A stretch of 56,260 nucleotides of DNA, counting the filler, from Stramenopiles sp. TOSAG23-3 (taxonomy: Eukaryota), in NCBI GenBank assembly GCA_900128585.1. It is 4 parts of 4 records of this genome, joined end to end, with 100 filler letters (N's around TTAATTAATTAA, not from the genome) between each part and the next. Parts side by side here need not be neighbours in the genome. Positions count along the whole stretch, not along the records: positions 1 to 25,933 come from LT642282.1; 3 more parts are not named here. One strand, given 5' to 3'. Made by a program: the position numbers and the translations under genes. A model generated the notes under the pieces. It was not told the DNA's origin and made no database searches. It was given only the letters and a program-made list of their open reading frames with translations. Positions 1 through 11,431 of this stretch are shown here, piece by piece; within the stretch, counting starts at the first letter, position 1; every line of letters starts with the position of its first letter.

Positions 1-396
1 ATTTAAATAATAATAATAATGTACATTACAACATTACAACGTACCCGTTCCAATATATAAAATGGAATCTAAAGTATTATTAGACACCTATAATAACAAC
101 CCATATATTTCTTTAAGTACAAGTATTTAATAGGTAATTTTAGTATTGTCCAAAAATATCAAAAAAACAATAATAATACGACAACAAATACAAGGAGAGG
201 AAAACAACCGTTATTATATCTATTTATTTAATAGTCCAAAATCATTCATCGAAGTAACAAACAAAGTTCAGGAAAGCAAAAAAGGGAGGGGTAGATTTGA
301 TTTAATAAAAGAAGTTAATCAACAAAGTGAGATTTAGAAAGAAAATTGAAAGTGCGGATAATCTTGTTGTTCGGTCGTTCGTTCCATTTTGTTTAA

Positions 397-1212
397 ATGA
401 GCGGAAGTGAAAGTGCTGGTTATGTGAGCGGGTCGAGTGCCGTTGGCCCACCCCTGCCGTCCCCGAGGCTTATGCCGGCAGGGTGTACCTGTTACTTGAA
501 TTTAGTTAGTACGCAGGGAAAATACGTCCCAAAACGGTGTTCTCTGCACAGTCCTTTGGAATTTGATGAGCATAGACCATCTATTCAAGAAGTTATAAAG
601 GAGGTGAAGGCGTTTGACGTAAATGACGTAGACGATTTGACCCCTTTGGGAGTGGATCCAGTCACGATACCGTACGACTTGGCTGAAGAGATGGCGCAGC
701 AGTTTACTTTGCTGCTAGACCGAGTCGGAGTAGACAATATCTCACAGGACGATTGCGCGGAAATTTTGGTTAGACGGGCGACCCTATACAGTGGAATGAA
801 GGATCACGACCGTGCCTACAATGACTGCAAGAAAGCAATCGAGCTACGGAGCGACTATACCCCCGCAATGTTTCGCGGGGGTCACGCTGCGTTCAGGAAA
901 GGCGACTTTGTACAAGCCATTCGCATGTTTCAGCGTGGCTTAAAGCTTTCACCAAATAATAGTGCTTTGCAAAAAGCTTATAGGTGTGCAGTTATAACGG
1001 GGATAAAATCCTTGAAACAATCGACTGCCGTGGGTTGGAGGGAGAACAACATCGAGGGTTTGATCGAAAACTTGATTGAGAACACGCAAAATAATTTACC
1101 CTCGTTTGACCCCGAGAAGAACATTTATAGCGCCCCTCCCGCGATCCCGCCCACTAGCCCAAACGCCAAAGGCGACGCGTTCCAGGTCGCGCCGGAGGAG
1201 CCAAGTAATTGA
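397..1212 (+). CDS. TPR-repeat protein
   Basis: 271-aa ATG ORF. Central helical repeats with TPR signature (ILVRRATLYSGMKDHDRAYNDCKKAIELRSDY; AMFRGGHAAFRKGDFVQAIRMFQRGLKLSPNN). Confidence 0.8.
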   Translation: MSGSESAGYVSGSSAVGPPLPSPRLMPAGCTCYLNLVSTQGKYVPKRCSLHSPLEFDEHRPSIQEVIKEVKAFDVNDVDDLTPLGVDPVTIPYDLAEEMAQQFTLLLDRVGVDNISQDDCAEILVRRATLYSGMKDHDRAYNDCKKAIELRSDYTPAMFRGGHAAFRKGDFVQAIRMFQRGLKLSPNNSALQKAYRCAVITGIKSLKQSTAVGWRENNIEGLIENLIENTQNNLPSFDPEKNIYSAPPAIPPTSPNAKGDAFQVAPEEPSN

Positions 1213-1365
1213 GTCAATGGCTGAACGCATTTAGCTTTGTACATAATTGGTATAATATTAGAGAGTCCTTGGAACGTCGTTGCGCGCCTGTTTTGTGGTA
1301 TGTGAGAATAAGTAGGCTTAGAGATTAAAAAAATAAAACTCTTGAAATCCTTTGTTGCTTTAAAT

Positions 1366-1900
1366 TAAAAAAACGAAAAAATGGCTGTTATCGAAGTAAT
1401 TTAAATAAGAACAGAATACTGGCTGTTATTTATGTTTTTAAATTATGTAATGAAAAGAAAAAAGTAGGTGTCAGTTGTCAGTTCAAATTTTACAAAAAGC
1501 AGTCGGTCTACTCTCCCTAAATTTGTAAAACAGCCATAATTTTGTGTTAATAAAAACAAAGTATATCAACTAGTAAAACCAAAAGAGCAAAGATAAGTTC
1601 GCAGTTCATGAAGGATGCAAACCTAGAATGTCTAAATCTACATTTCATTTCGCAGTTCATTAATTTTAATAATTACTTAAATAACAGCCAATTTTCCTGT
1701 ATAATAAAAACAAAAAATTGGCTAAAGTAATTAAAATTTACTAGTAACATACGTTATCTGGACAAAAACTAATTATATTGTAAAAAGGAAGGATTAATTG
1801 GAAATTTCAAGAGGTAAATTTAGTAGTCATATTTAACTTTAAGAATTTTTTGATTAATATATATATCGCAATTATATAACAGCCATTATTTTGTTTTTAC
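1366..1900. mobile_element. Cluster of degenerate copies of the TA-AAAACAAG...AATT inverted-repeat family
   Basis: Forward motif copies near 1366, 1408 and 1704; reverse copies near 1527, 1662-1700 and 1877-1899. Segment 1561-1700 is the reverse complement of about 8660-8800. Confidence 0.75.
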
Positions 1901-2051
1901 TCTTTTTCTCTTTTTTTAAACAGTTCTGTTGAAACAAATCGCAGTACATTGAAGGACGTAAAACTTTACTGGGCAAAAACAAACTTCATTGTACGGAAGG
2001 ATGAATCGGAAATTTCAAGAGGGTAATTTAAAGAATTCTTACTCTTGCCGC

Positions 2052-2873
2052 TTACATTCCGGTGGGAATGTCAGCAGTGCGTAAAATGGCTTGCATCGCA
2101 GCTGCCATGTTATGTTGAATCTCTGGGTCGGCCATATTTTTCATCATTTCAGCTTGCAACAGCACGTAGCCTTCTTCCCCTGGCATTCCGTAAGCCTCTG
2201 TAGTTTTCATTTGCAATGGAACAAGCGCCGCCATCAGGGCCGGCTGCTTCTTCTCGATATCCAATGGCTTTACGTTATTCTCCACCTCCCTCAAAAACTC
2301 AGGGTTTTGCATATTCTGACTAATTTCCTTTGCCATTGCCCTCAATTGGTCCACAGGAATACTCTTTTCCCCAAGGTCCACACCAAACGCATTATTCAAG
2401 AGTAAGGTCCAACTTTCGCTCGAAAGCTCCTGCAACTCCTTGATTTCGGGAGTATCTTCCATCCCTTGAAGTGCTTGGCCAATTTCCATTGTGTAGGTCT
2501 GAAGGCCAAGTTGGTCCCCTGTAAAACCGAATGGTACGATCACGTGCAAGCTTACACCAAAATAAACATCCAACATAGACTGCCAGCGGACAGAAAGAGC
2601 AACATCTTTCTGTTCGTTGATTTCCTGCAGACGCACCAGAGCGTTCGATGACTCCAGGTACATGTTGATCGTTTCGACAATGTTCAAGGCTTTGTCAACA
2701 TTTAGGTTAGGCGCCCCTCTCCACATTCCCGTTGTCTGGGCAGAAAACGACACTTTCTGCTGCATTCCATACCTCTCTGGTTGGAACCCTGAGACAGCAC
2801 CCTTCCTGGCAAGTTGGAAGCGACTGGCTACCACCCCGCGTGCGGCGGCAGTTCTGAACACTCTAGAGATCAT
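2052..2873 (-). CDS. Probable mitochondrial protein with two tandem C10 (C12orf57)-like helical domains
   Basis: 273-aa ORF. Arg/Ala/Ser-rich, acid-poor N-terminus (MISRVFRTAAARGVVASRF). Two internally similar halves (VIVPFGFTGDQLG / TTEAYGMPGEEG...DPEI) that recall the C10 family from memory. Confidence 0.6.
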   Translation of the reverse strand: MISRVFRTAAARGVVASRFQLARKGAVSGFQPERYGMQQKVSFSAQTTGMWRGAPNLNVDKALNIVETINMYLESSNALVRLQEINEQKDVALSVRWQSMLDVYFGVSLHVIVPFGFTGDQLGLQTYTMEIGQALQGMEDTPEIKELQELSSESWTLLLNNAFGVDLGEKSIPVDQLRAMAKEISQNMQNPEFLREVENNVKPLDIEKKQPALMAALVPLQMKTTEAYGMPGEEGYVLLQAEMMKNMADPEIQHNMAAAMQAILRTADIPTGM

Positions 2874-3845
2874 ATCGGTTTTAAAACGTTTATATGTAGG
2901 CTTGATTATGTTATTACTTTGTTATTGAAACGGTTTTTGTATTCTCACGAACACCTTGAAGTGTTTCTCACTTTTAAAAATGAATCGATATTATCAACAA
3001 TAGCATATAGTACATACATTCATTAAAATGTCTTGTTTGGTGATTTTCGCGTCACTTCATCTCTTTTGGTTCTTTTGGGTGGTTGGTATGGGGGCGCGAG
3101 GAGGAGGAGGAGGAGGAGCGCAATTTAAAACTGTGTGGTAATACATAATATTATTATTTTATTTTTTAATAGTATAGATCGATGATTTTATCATCTATTA
3201 ATAATGGACAATATCGTATAATACAATGCTTTTTTTATTTTGTTGAAGAAGGCCTCCTTGATTAATAAATCTAAGATTTTGCATTATTCATATTAGACTA
3301 TCTAGTATTATAATAACTATAACTGGTGGTAGACTAATAATATTTGTTAGTAGTCTATTATATATTTGTTATATTTATTATTTAATGAGTTTATAATAAT
3401 GTGGATTTGATTACACCAACCACACCACAACACCGTAGTAGATGAAGAATGAAGATGAGATACGACGACTAATATTATAACAACACAACTACCGTACGAA
3501 TAATAATAATAATAAAAAAAAATTATTAAAAAAATATAATAAAAAAATTATAATAATTATTTTTTATTTTATTATATTTAATATCATCAGTGATGATGAC
3601 ACCAAAAAGTGCGCAATGAAACAAAATCAGAAATCGGGTCTTCGGCGGGGTCGATATCGCACGAAAACGTCACTTTTCATAAGAAAGCATCAATTGAAAA
3701 GTATCTTTAGCGGACGTTAGAATTTCCCTGCAATGATTTGCCACTCGTAGTTGTCGACGCAGTGCTAGTTTCAACTGGACGGGGGTGTGCATATATAGTT
3801 GTCCGTCCGCCCTCTCCACCGAAAACGAGGGTAACTTTTAGAATT

Positions 3846-5351
3846 ATGACGCTGGCGTCAAAGCGGGGGAATAGGTGTCCATTTCTTCACAATGCGGTGT
3901 TGAAAAGTTTTCTCTGCTCTATTTTATTTTTTTACTTTTTTGCGCGTCAAAATAAAGAAAAGAGAGTGCGTCAACACCAGCAGGCTGTTGTTCGACTTGC
4001 GGCTCGGGCGATGCCTCCGAAGAAAGTCTCGGAACAAACAAAGGATACTCCCACCGAAAAACAGTTTTTGAGGGCCGAGGACAGCGATGAAGGCACCTCC
4101 GGTGACGTTCAGAAAACCAGGATAATAGCACAAACCACCAATGTTCTGAAAAAGTACGCAAGAGCTCCCGAAAAAACGCACAACGCGTTTTATTCTCGCC
4201 CGGAGAATGGAAAAGTCGCCCAGTACTTGTTGTCGAAAGGTTGGACGTCTGCGTCAGAGGCCGAAGACGCGTCCATCATTTGGTATCAAAAGAAGCAGAA
4301 TATACCGTGGGCGGATCTTTCAAGATGGCACCGAGCAAATCACTTCCGGAGAGAACGTGAACTAGGCCACAAAGGCCGCCTGCTGCATTATTTAAAGGAC
4401 TACGAGGCCTCTGAGAATGTCAAATTGCCATTTGTCCCAGAATCCTACCGGTCGTGGAATGAAAACGAGCGAAAAGCGTTTCTTGAAAAGGTATCGGACC
4501 CCAGCGATAACACGCCCTGGATAACTAAAATCCCTCACAAAGACGGGGGAAGGGGGATTTCTTTGATCGAACCAAAATCTCCGGAGCTGGAAACCCTAAA
4601 GTCGGTGTTGAAAAATTACGCAGTGGACGAATCCGAATTAATTATCCAAAAGTACGTTCAGAACATCATGCTGTACAAAGGCAGGAAGTTCGACTTGCGG
4701 ATATATTGGGTAATTGCGTCGTGGAACCCCTTGCTTGTGTATTACCACGATGGTACGTTGCGTGTGAGCATTGACAAGTACAACCAAGCGAACTATACGG
4801 ATTTAAAAGTTCATTTAACCAATGCTGTTATGCAAAAATCAAGTGTACATTACGAAAAAAAAGTGGAGAGCACGCGGAAAACGATGGGTGCGTTTGAGGA
4901 GTACCTAGCAGAGCAGGATGCTACCCCAAATGGAAACGTTCCCAAGAATTACGACGATGCGCTTCTGCGTGCAAAAAGTTTGAAAGGAACGTCCCCCTTG
5001 GATCACGTCAAATGCCGGATAAAGAAGGCGTTAAGAACAATAGTTAGAGCCACGGCCACGGCTATCTTAGACAAGCGAGACACGGAGCCTGAAAACGGAT
5101 TTTCACTTTTGGGCGCTGATTTTATGGTTGATAGACAGTTGAATATCTGGCTGACTGAAGTGCAATCAGGCCCTGGGTTGCCTCACAACACACAAGCTGT
5201 GGCCGGGGTAATGTCCGAGATGATACCGCAACTGATGAACATGGTACTGGAGATAAGGAAGAAACAGGAAGCGGGAATGCCTCTGTTGCCGCTAAAGTAT
5301 GTAGGGAATTTTGAGCCGGTCGTTGTCCCTGGATTTGAATTGTCTTGTTGA
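3846..5351 (+). CDS. Tubulin-tyrosine-ligase (TTL/TTLL)-family ATP-grasp ligase with N-terminal hydrophobic anchor
   Basis: Motifs WITKIPHKDGGRGISLI, IIQKYVQN, GRKFDLRIY, HLTN, FSLLGADFMVD and WLTEVQSGPGL. First in-frame ATG is 3846; the track start at 3738 is TTG. Confidence 0.85.
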   Translation: MTLASKRGNRCPFLHNAVLKSFLCSILFFYFFARQNKEKRVRQHQQAVVRLAARAMPPKKVSEQTKDTPTEKQFLRAEDSDEGTSGDVQKTRIIAQTTNVLKKYARAPEKTHNAFYSRPENGKVAQYLLSKGWTSASEAEDASIIWYQKKQNIPWADLSRWHRANHFRRERELGHKGRLLHYLKDYEASENVKLPFVPESYRSWNENERKAFLEKVSDPSDNTPWITKIPHKDGGRGISLIEPKSPELETLKSVLKNYAVDESELIIQKYVQNIMLYKGRKFDLRIYWVIASWNPLLVYYHDGTLRVSIDKYNQANYTDLKVHLTNAVMQKSSVHYEKKVESTRKTMGAFEEYLAEQDATPNGNVPKNYDDALLRAKSLKGTSPLDHVKCRIKKALRTIVRATATAILDKRDTEPENGFSLLGADFMVDRQLNIWLTEVQSGPGLPHNTQAVAGVMSEMIPQLMNMVLEIRKKQEAGMPLLPLKYVGNFEPVVVPGFELSC

Positions 5352-5844
5352 ATTTTTGAAGGAGGGAGGGTGCATCACCTTATTGGTGAAAATTGAAAAA
5401 TAGGGAAGTTTAAAAGAACGAACTAGAACGTCGTGTGTAAGATTCTAAAAAAAAAAAATTATATAGTAATGTTTTAAGACTCTCATTTGTGTAAGATTCT
5501 TAACGCAATTTTCCCATTTTTTTGTTGTATAAGGTATAAGCTAAAGTCTATCTTTGCAGAGACATGAAATTAGTGTGCGGAAATGGGTATTATATCTTTT
5601 ACTGTTTCAGAAACTTACGTTATTTATTTTTGAGGTATAATTTGTTTTTTTAAAGAAGAAGAATTTTAAATATCTTTTTTAGAAACAGTTTTAAACTGTT
5701 CCTGTACACTTTTTTTAAGATGAATATTTCGTACACGTATGTAGAGTCGACTATTAGTTTTTCAATTGGGCATTGCTCCCCTCCTGGGTTGACCTTTGTC
5801 CTTGGGTGCCCCTTTCTGATATCCGAAAGGCAGTCGGTGGATCT

Positions 5845-6597
5845 TTACAGGCCCCCCTTTTCCATTCCTACAGCACGTACTTGCTTGACAGTTTGGGGGG
5901 ATGAAGTTTTTGCAATTTGATTTGCAGTTTTCTCTCGCAACGGGGATTTGAAAGAAAGAGTTTTGTGCACCTTCCTTTTGTGAGCTGTTTCCTCAAAGAA
6001 GCAAGTGCGGCACACGGGTCGGTACATTTCTGCCCCACCAATAAGCTCGACACGAGTATCCGATATTGTGCGCTGGGTGAAAGATGCGCTGTGGTTTTTG
6101 CAGCTAGCGCAGACAGCTGTTAACTTGGTGACTGACTCTGCCATGGGGATAAGCTGACAGATTTTCCCGAAGGGTTTCCTCTGGAAGTCGCCGTCTAGCG
6201 CCGCAATAACTACTACTACGCCCATATTTGCAACGCGTTCAGCAAATTCTTCTAGATCATCGAAAAATTGACCCTCGTCTATCCCAACCACGTCGTACTG
6301 GCTGTCCGGAGTGATCTCGACGTCACTCAGCCTCACTACGTTCTGTGCTGGGAGGCTGTTTGACTTGTCGTGGGTCATGACCGTGTCGTCCGAGTACCTT
6401 TTGTCTTTTGCATATTTCAGCACCAGGCAACGCTTACCAGCATATTGGTAGCGCCTTACTCGCCTCAACAACTCCGTGCTCTTTCCACAGAACATAGGGC
6501 CAATGATCAGATCAATTCGCCCTCGCCGTTTTGACCGCCCGTCAATGGAACACGTACGGGCGAAAACTTTCGAAGGAGATTCCTCAATGTAATTCAT
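5845..6597 (-). CDS. TK1: Thymidine kinase (TK1 type)
   Basis: P-loop IIGPMFCGKSTELLRR, VVGIDEGQFF, AALDGDFQRKPF, and Zn lasso CASC...IGGAEMYRPVCRTC. First ATG at 6597. Confidence 0.95.
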   Translation of the reverse strand: MNYIEESPSKVFARTCSIDGRSKRRGRIDLIIGPMFCGKSTELLRRVRRYQYAGKRCLVLKYAKDKRYSDDTVMTHDKSNSLPAQNVVRLSDVEITPDSQYDVVGIDEGQFFDDLEEFAERVANMGVVVVIAALDGDFQRKPFGKICQLIPMAESVTKLTAVCASCKNHSASFTQRTISDTRVELIGGAEMYRPVCRTCFFEETAHKRKVHKTLSFKSPLREKTANQIAKTSSPQTVKQVRAVGMEKGGL

Positions 6598-7654
6598 ATT
6601 TGTCCACTTGTTTCGTTGTCCGGTATTCACGTGGGGTCTTTTTCAAGTGTTTAATGCCGAAAATTAAATACCTAGCGTATCGAAGCGCTTCTAAAAATTA
6701 ATTCTCTCCCTTCTTTTTCAGGATCACGTACGAGAGCTAAACGAAGAGCTATTCTAAAAAATAATATACAAAGTAAACATTTTTTAAACTGACTTGTGCC
6801 ATAATAGTGCAATAGTATTATATTTCTTTATTTTTTTATTGAAAAAAGTGCGCGTTATAAAAAAATACATCCACACAGTATAAAGAGAAGTTGAGCGGGA
6901 ATCTCTTTCAATGATATGAATACGTAAATAGACCGACAGACAGAACGACTACTACGAGGTACCTAACTTGGTAGTAATATAACTACGTAACTATGAGGAA
7001 GTGCGTTTGAATTTTTATATTATTATCTACCAAGAGTGGTATTAGCTACCTTGGTATTTATATATAGTCTTAAATATATATGGAATGTATTAAAATCCTT
7101 AGCTATAAACTTATAAAAATAATTAAATATCTTAAATTCTTCGCCTCGTACACAGTACCGGTATAATAGTAATAGCTGTTGTTGGTATTAATATTTATAT
7201 AATATTGTGGGGGGGGGGGGATTATATTAAATATAATAAATTATGCAGTCGATCTTTTTTCGATCTTCTCCTTCCTTCTTCAGTATTAAATACCGTAGGG
7301 TACCCGCCCGTAACCAACCGAAATTGGTACGGTTGTTCGGTACCGGTACCCAGGGAGGTATTCTAATATTTCAGTTAGAGATACACACCATCATCGAACT
7401 GGTATAAATTATTATAATTAAAAAAATAATACCGACCTACTTGGTACGACGACGATGGTTCGTTCATCGCGAGTTAATTAAATATAACGACTTTAAATAC
7501 TGCAGCAGCAATCATTTTTGAATGAAGTCCTCATCGTCGTCCGTCCAAATTATTATGCACGATTCATACAAATTTTAAAGGAAAGGAACAGCAATTAAAG
7601 GAACATCGCAACGTACATTTGTTGAGATTGCCGGCAGAACGCACTTGCTTGAAG

Positions 7655-8515
7655 ATGTCTGGAGCAGCTTGGCACGAGTCGTTCGCGGGAACGGTTGCTG
7701 GAATCAGCGGGCTGTCCATAATGTTTCCGCTTGATACAATCAAGTGCAGGCTGCAGACCCGACCCCAAGAGTACAACAACAAAGCGAGCCTGGTACTCCG
7801 GCGCATGGTGCAGAAAGAGGGTTTGCTGTCGCTATACAGAGGGTTGCTTTCCCCCGCTCTTGGCTATGGAGCAATCAACTCTACCGTCTTTGGAGTGCAA
7901 AGTGCTGGTTCAAAGATGTTGAAAGGGAATAATTCAGATAGAAAGCTTGCGCTCTGGGAAGAATTGGCTGTAGGGGCAAATGCTGGGCTGTTTAGCAGCT
8001 TCGTAAGATCGCCAATTGAGCGAGTGAAAACTGTTATGCAAATTCGAAATGCTAGTGTAACCCAGGCTCCTTATTCAAACAGCATTTCGTGTGCGTTCAA
8101 CTTGGTAAAGACTCACGGCGTTCGTGTGGGTTTGTACGAAGGCGTAGGTTCGACTATCGCCCGCGAAGTTCCGCAGTATTTGTTTTACTTCATTGTTTAC
8201 GACAATATTAAGACTGCGCTGAATCCCCATTTGGGCGACATTCCGAGCCAGGCCATTGCGGGCGGGGCAGCTGGTGCGTTCACGTGGCTGCCTCCTATAT
8301 TTTGCATTGACGTGGTAAAGACGAAACTCCAGAGTGCACCAGCAGGTACGTATACCGGGATGATCGACTGCTTTCAAAAGAGCTTGAAGCAAGAAGGGTG
8401 GCCTGTATTTTTTAGGGGGACTGGGGTTGCGCTCCTCAGAGCGTTTCCGTTGCATGGAACTATTTTTGTCGTGTTCGAGGGCGTTATGAAGTTCTTGCGT
8501 GATGGTGGGTACTAG
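7655..8515 (+). CDS. Mitochondrial carrier (SLC25; carnitine/acylcarnitine or basic amino acid-like)
   Basis: Three carrier repeats PLDTIKCRLQ, PIERVKTVMQ and CIDVVKTKLQ, plus LYRGLLSP and LRAFP motifs. First ATG at 7655. Confidence 0.9.
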   Translation: MSGAAWHESFAGTVAGISGLSIMFPLDTIKCRLQTRPQEYNNKASLVLRRMVQKEGLLSLYRGLLSPALGYGAINSTVFGVQSAGSKMLKGNNSDRKLALWEELAVGANAGLFSSFVRSPIERVKTVMQIRNASVTQAPYSNSISCAFNLVKTHGVRVGLYEGVGSTIAREVPQYLFYFIVYDNIKTALNPHLGDIPSQAIAGGAAGAFTWLPPIFCIDVVKTKLQSAPAGTYTGMIDCFQKSLKQEGWPVFFRGTGVALLRAFPLHGTIFVVFEGVMKFLRDGGY

Positions 8516-8657
8516 AACAGGGGCTGGGGAGATAGTGTGTGTGTACTCTATTGGTTACGCATGGCATTTGAAAAATCAAGGAACAATTTTTGGTATTTTT
8601 AATTTTTTAGAAAATATTATACAGTTTATTAACTCGTGTAAGATCTTAGGGTTTTTT

Positions 8658-8972
8658 TAAAAACAAGAAAATTGGCTGTTATTTAAGTAATTAAAATTAG
8701 TGTACTGCGAACTGAAATCTAGATTTAGACATTCTAGGTTTGCACTCCTTCATGAACTGCGAACTTATCTTTGCTCTTTTGGTCTTACTAATCGATATAC
8801 CCTTGTCCCTTAGTCTTGACTATCATTCTCTCAGATGTACTCCATTTATGATCTGAATCAGTGGGTGGATTAGCACTGCTAAATTAAAAGGAGCAGATTC
8901 ATTTTCGTGGTAATACATGTGAGGAAGATAAATTTTAATTACTTAAATAACAGGGCCAATTTTTTGTTTTTA
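8658..8972. mobile_element. 315-bp MITE-like element with ~41-bp terminal inverted repeats
   Basis: Left end 8658-8698 is TAAAAACAAGAAAATTGGCTGTTATTTAAGTAATTAAAATT. Right end 8931-8972 is its near-perfect reverse complement. Both ends are TA-bounded, and internal parts recur near 1561-1700, 33680-33710 and 38365-38515. Confidence 0.75.
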
Positions 8973-9064
8973 TTTAATTTTAACATTTAAAAAGGAAAAA
9001 TAGAGGACAAAATTTGCTCCTCCAGCTCCCTAACTTCCTGTACTCAGTGCCACCCCATAGCTTT

Positions 9065-10483
9065 TTACTGCTCGTACACTTTTCCAATCGCTTTAACCTC
9101 AAAGCCAATTTCAATCAGCTTTTGGTGGTCGAGGATATTCCTTCCATCAAAAATGAATGCCGGCTTCGTCATGGCGTCATAAATTTTTTGGTAGTCGTAC
9201 TCTTTGAAACAGTCCCACTCGGTCATAATTGCAATAGCGTGGGCTCCCTTGACAGCATCAAGGTAGTTGTCTTCCAGTTTGATCAAGTTCGACAACCCGG
9301 GCAAGGTGTCCTCGGTCAAATTAAGCGTGTATTTGAACTCCATGAACATTTCTTCCTTTGTGACTTGTGGATCGTACACAGATAATTGAGCGCGCTCTTC
9401 CAACAAATACTTGGAAACATAAGCGGCGGCAGTTTCCCTTGTATCACCCGTATCCTTTTTAAAGGCAAAACCGAACACAGCAATTTTTTTGCCAGACACG
9501 CTGTTGAACATGGTGCGAATCATCTTTTGTGCAAACCTCTTCTTTTGCCAATCGTTCATCGTTACAACGCTCCGCCAGTAATCAGCAACTTCTTGCAGCC
9601 CGAAACTTTCGCACAAATATACCAAATTCAAGATGTCCTTTTGGAAGCATGATCCTCCAAATCCAACACTGGATCTCAAAAATGCCTTACCAATGCGACG
9701 GTCGGTCCCGACCGCTCTTGCTACTTCGTCAACATCCGCCTTTGTTGCCTCGCACAAAGCACTGATAGAGTTTATGCTGCTAATCCGTTGTGCTAGGTAT
9801 GCGTTGGCAACGAGTTTGGACAGTTCGGAGGACCACACGTTTGTTGTGATGATGTTTTCGCGAGGAATCCACTGAGCATATACTTCGGCAAGCAATCGCA
9901 TTGCACGCTGGCCGTCTTCGTCTTGGTCTCCACCAATAAGGACGCGGGATGGGTCTTCCAAGTCCCTGATCGCAGTTCCTTCTGCTAGAAACTCCGGGTT
10001 CGACAGGACTTGGAACTTGCAAAACTCAGAGTTGGCTGCCAAGACCCGCTTCATGGCAGATGCCGTCTGCACTGGAACAGTACTTTTCTCGACGATGATT
10101 TTGGAGTGCTTGGACACTTTGGCAATGGTCCTTGCGCAAAGTTCGATGTTTTTAACGTTCGATGCACTGCCTGCCCCGATACCGTACGTCTTAGTTGGCG
10201 TGTTCACCGCAACAAAAATTACGTCGGCAGCGGCAATTTCTGGCTCAATGTCTGTGCTGAAAAATAGATTTTTGCCCCTGCATTTTTCAACAACGTCTTT
10301 CAGTCCCGGCTCATAGATAGGCAAGCTGTCGCTGTTCCATGCATCAATGCGAGGCTGGCTAAGGTCCACGACGCATACACGCACAGTCGGGCAGTGAGAG
10401 GCAAGGACTGCCATAGTTGGACCGCCAACGTACCCGGCGCCGATGCAGCAAATTTTTAGGCCGTCAAGAGTTAAGCTTGTCAT
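9065..10483 (-). CDS. UGDH: UDP-glucose 6-dehydrogenase
   Basis: [32 protein letters not shown], catalytic [22 protein letters not shown] and FDGRNILD. Homology begins at ATG 10483; an upstream in-frame ATG exists at 10591. Confidence 0.97.
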   Translation of the reverse strand: MTSLTLDGLKICCIGAGYVGGPTMAVLASHCPTVRVCVVDLSQPRIDAWNSDSLPIYEPGLKDVVEKCRGKNLFFSTDIEPEIAAADVIFVAVNTPTKTYGIGAGSASNVKNIELCARTIAKVSKHSKIIVEKSTVPVQTASAMKRVLAANSEFCKFQVLSNPEFLAEGTAIRDLEDPSRVLIGGDQDEDGQRAMRLLAEVYAQWIPRENIITTNVWSSELSKLVANAYLAQRISSINSISALCEATKADVDEVARAVGTDRRIGKAFLRSSVGFGGSCFQKDILNLVYLCESFGLQEVADYWRSVVTMNDWQKKRFAQKMIRTMFNSVSGKKIAVFGFAFKKDTGDTRETAAAYVSKYLLEERAQLSVYDPQVTKEEMFMEFKYTLNLTEDTLPGLSNLIKLEDNYLDAVKGAHAIAIMTEWDCFKEYDYQKIYDAMTKPAFIFDGRNILDHQKLIEIGFEVKAIGKVYEQ

Positions 10484-11431
10484 GATCGTTTGTGAATAGT
10501 TTGATTGCTGTTTTTCGATAACTGGTTTTTTTGAGTTTCTTTGATGTTTCTGAGATTGTGCGTATCTGCTTATTCGTAAACGAGAAAACATTTTTCCATA
10601 GACTACACTGTACAGAAACTAATGAATCCATTTCACTTGGACAAAGTGTGAGAGGAGGAGCAGCATTTTTTTCTTCTTCCTATGCTCTTGTCTTGTGTTT
10701 TGTTTGAACCAGATCCGTTGTTGCTTCTTTTTGCTTCGATGATGTGGTATTTTTGGCGAAGAAGAAAGATAAGTTGTTTGTTAATTAAGGGCATATATTC
10801 CTGTGATGTAATAATTTGTACATTATAATTATTTTATTGTGATTGTATGTATATATATTTACCTTAATAAATGATGTAATATCGTCTTCTCATCCGCCCA
10901 TTCATTGTTTGATCTTCATACTATAAAATATTGGTCTACACGGTGGTACAGGTAACCGGTATAATACAGGTATAATATTAATAATAGCAAGTCGTCTTCA
11001 TTGATTGCACATCGCACATCGCCCCCATTCTTCTTCTTCTTCCTTCTTCTCTCCTTTTTTTTGTATAGTGACGACTAGTCCTATTATAGCCTAATTGTTT
11101 ACGAGGAGTACACAATACGAGGAGTCCTCGGAGGAAGGGAAGGACACCACACCTCCTCAACAACAAAAACTCAGCTGGTTGTTCGAAGTTGTTCTTTGTA
11201 TTGTGTACCTCAGTAGTAGGTGCCATATTACGAGTACATAGAATATCAAGCTATTTAACACGATTTATTACTAGACTATCTAGACCCGTAGTTATTAATT
11301 TTAATAAGAACTCAATCCCCTATGTACGCAGGCGTCGAGAAGTTATTGTACTATTATTCAATTATAATAATATTTTTTCACACAGAAGATCGAGGGAAGA
11401 AGAGAATTCGACTTTCTCTCTTCTTTTTTTC

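Noticed and set aside
6845-6902. E2F/MCB-like words (GCGCGT, GCGGGAA) upstream of thymidine kinase
   Set aside because: Plausible for an S-phase gene but too short and imperfect to support.
5430-8650. Recurring GTGTAAGAT(T)CT downstream of TTL (twice) and the carrier gene
   Set aside because: Only three short copies, which cannot be distinguished from debris of the repeat family or chance.
8658-8880. One minus-strand frame of the MITE interior has only TAA/TAG stops, as if in a ciliate-type code
   Set aside because: The stretch is short and AT-rich, the frame is not preserved in the other copies, and all real genes here use TAA/TAG as stops.
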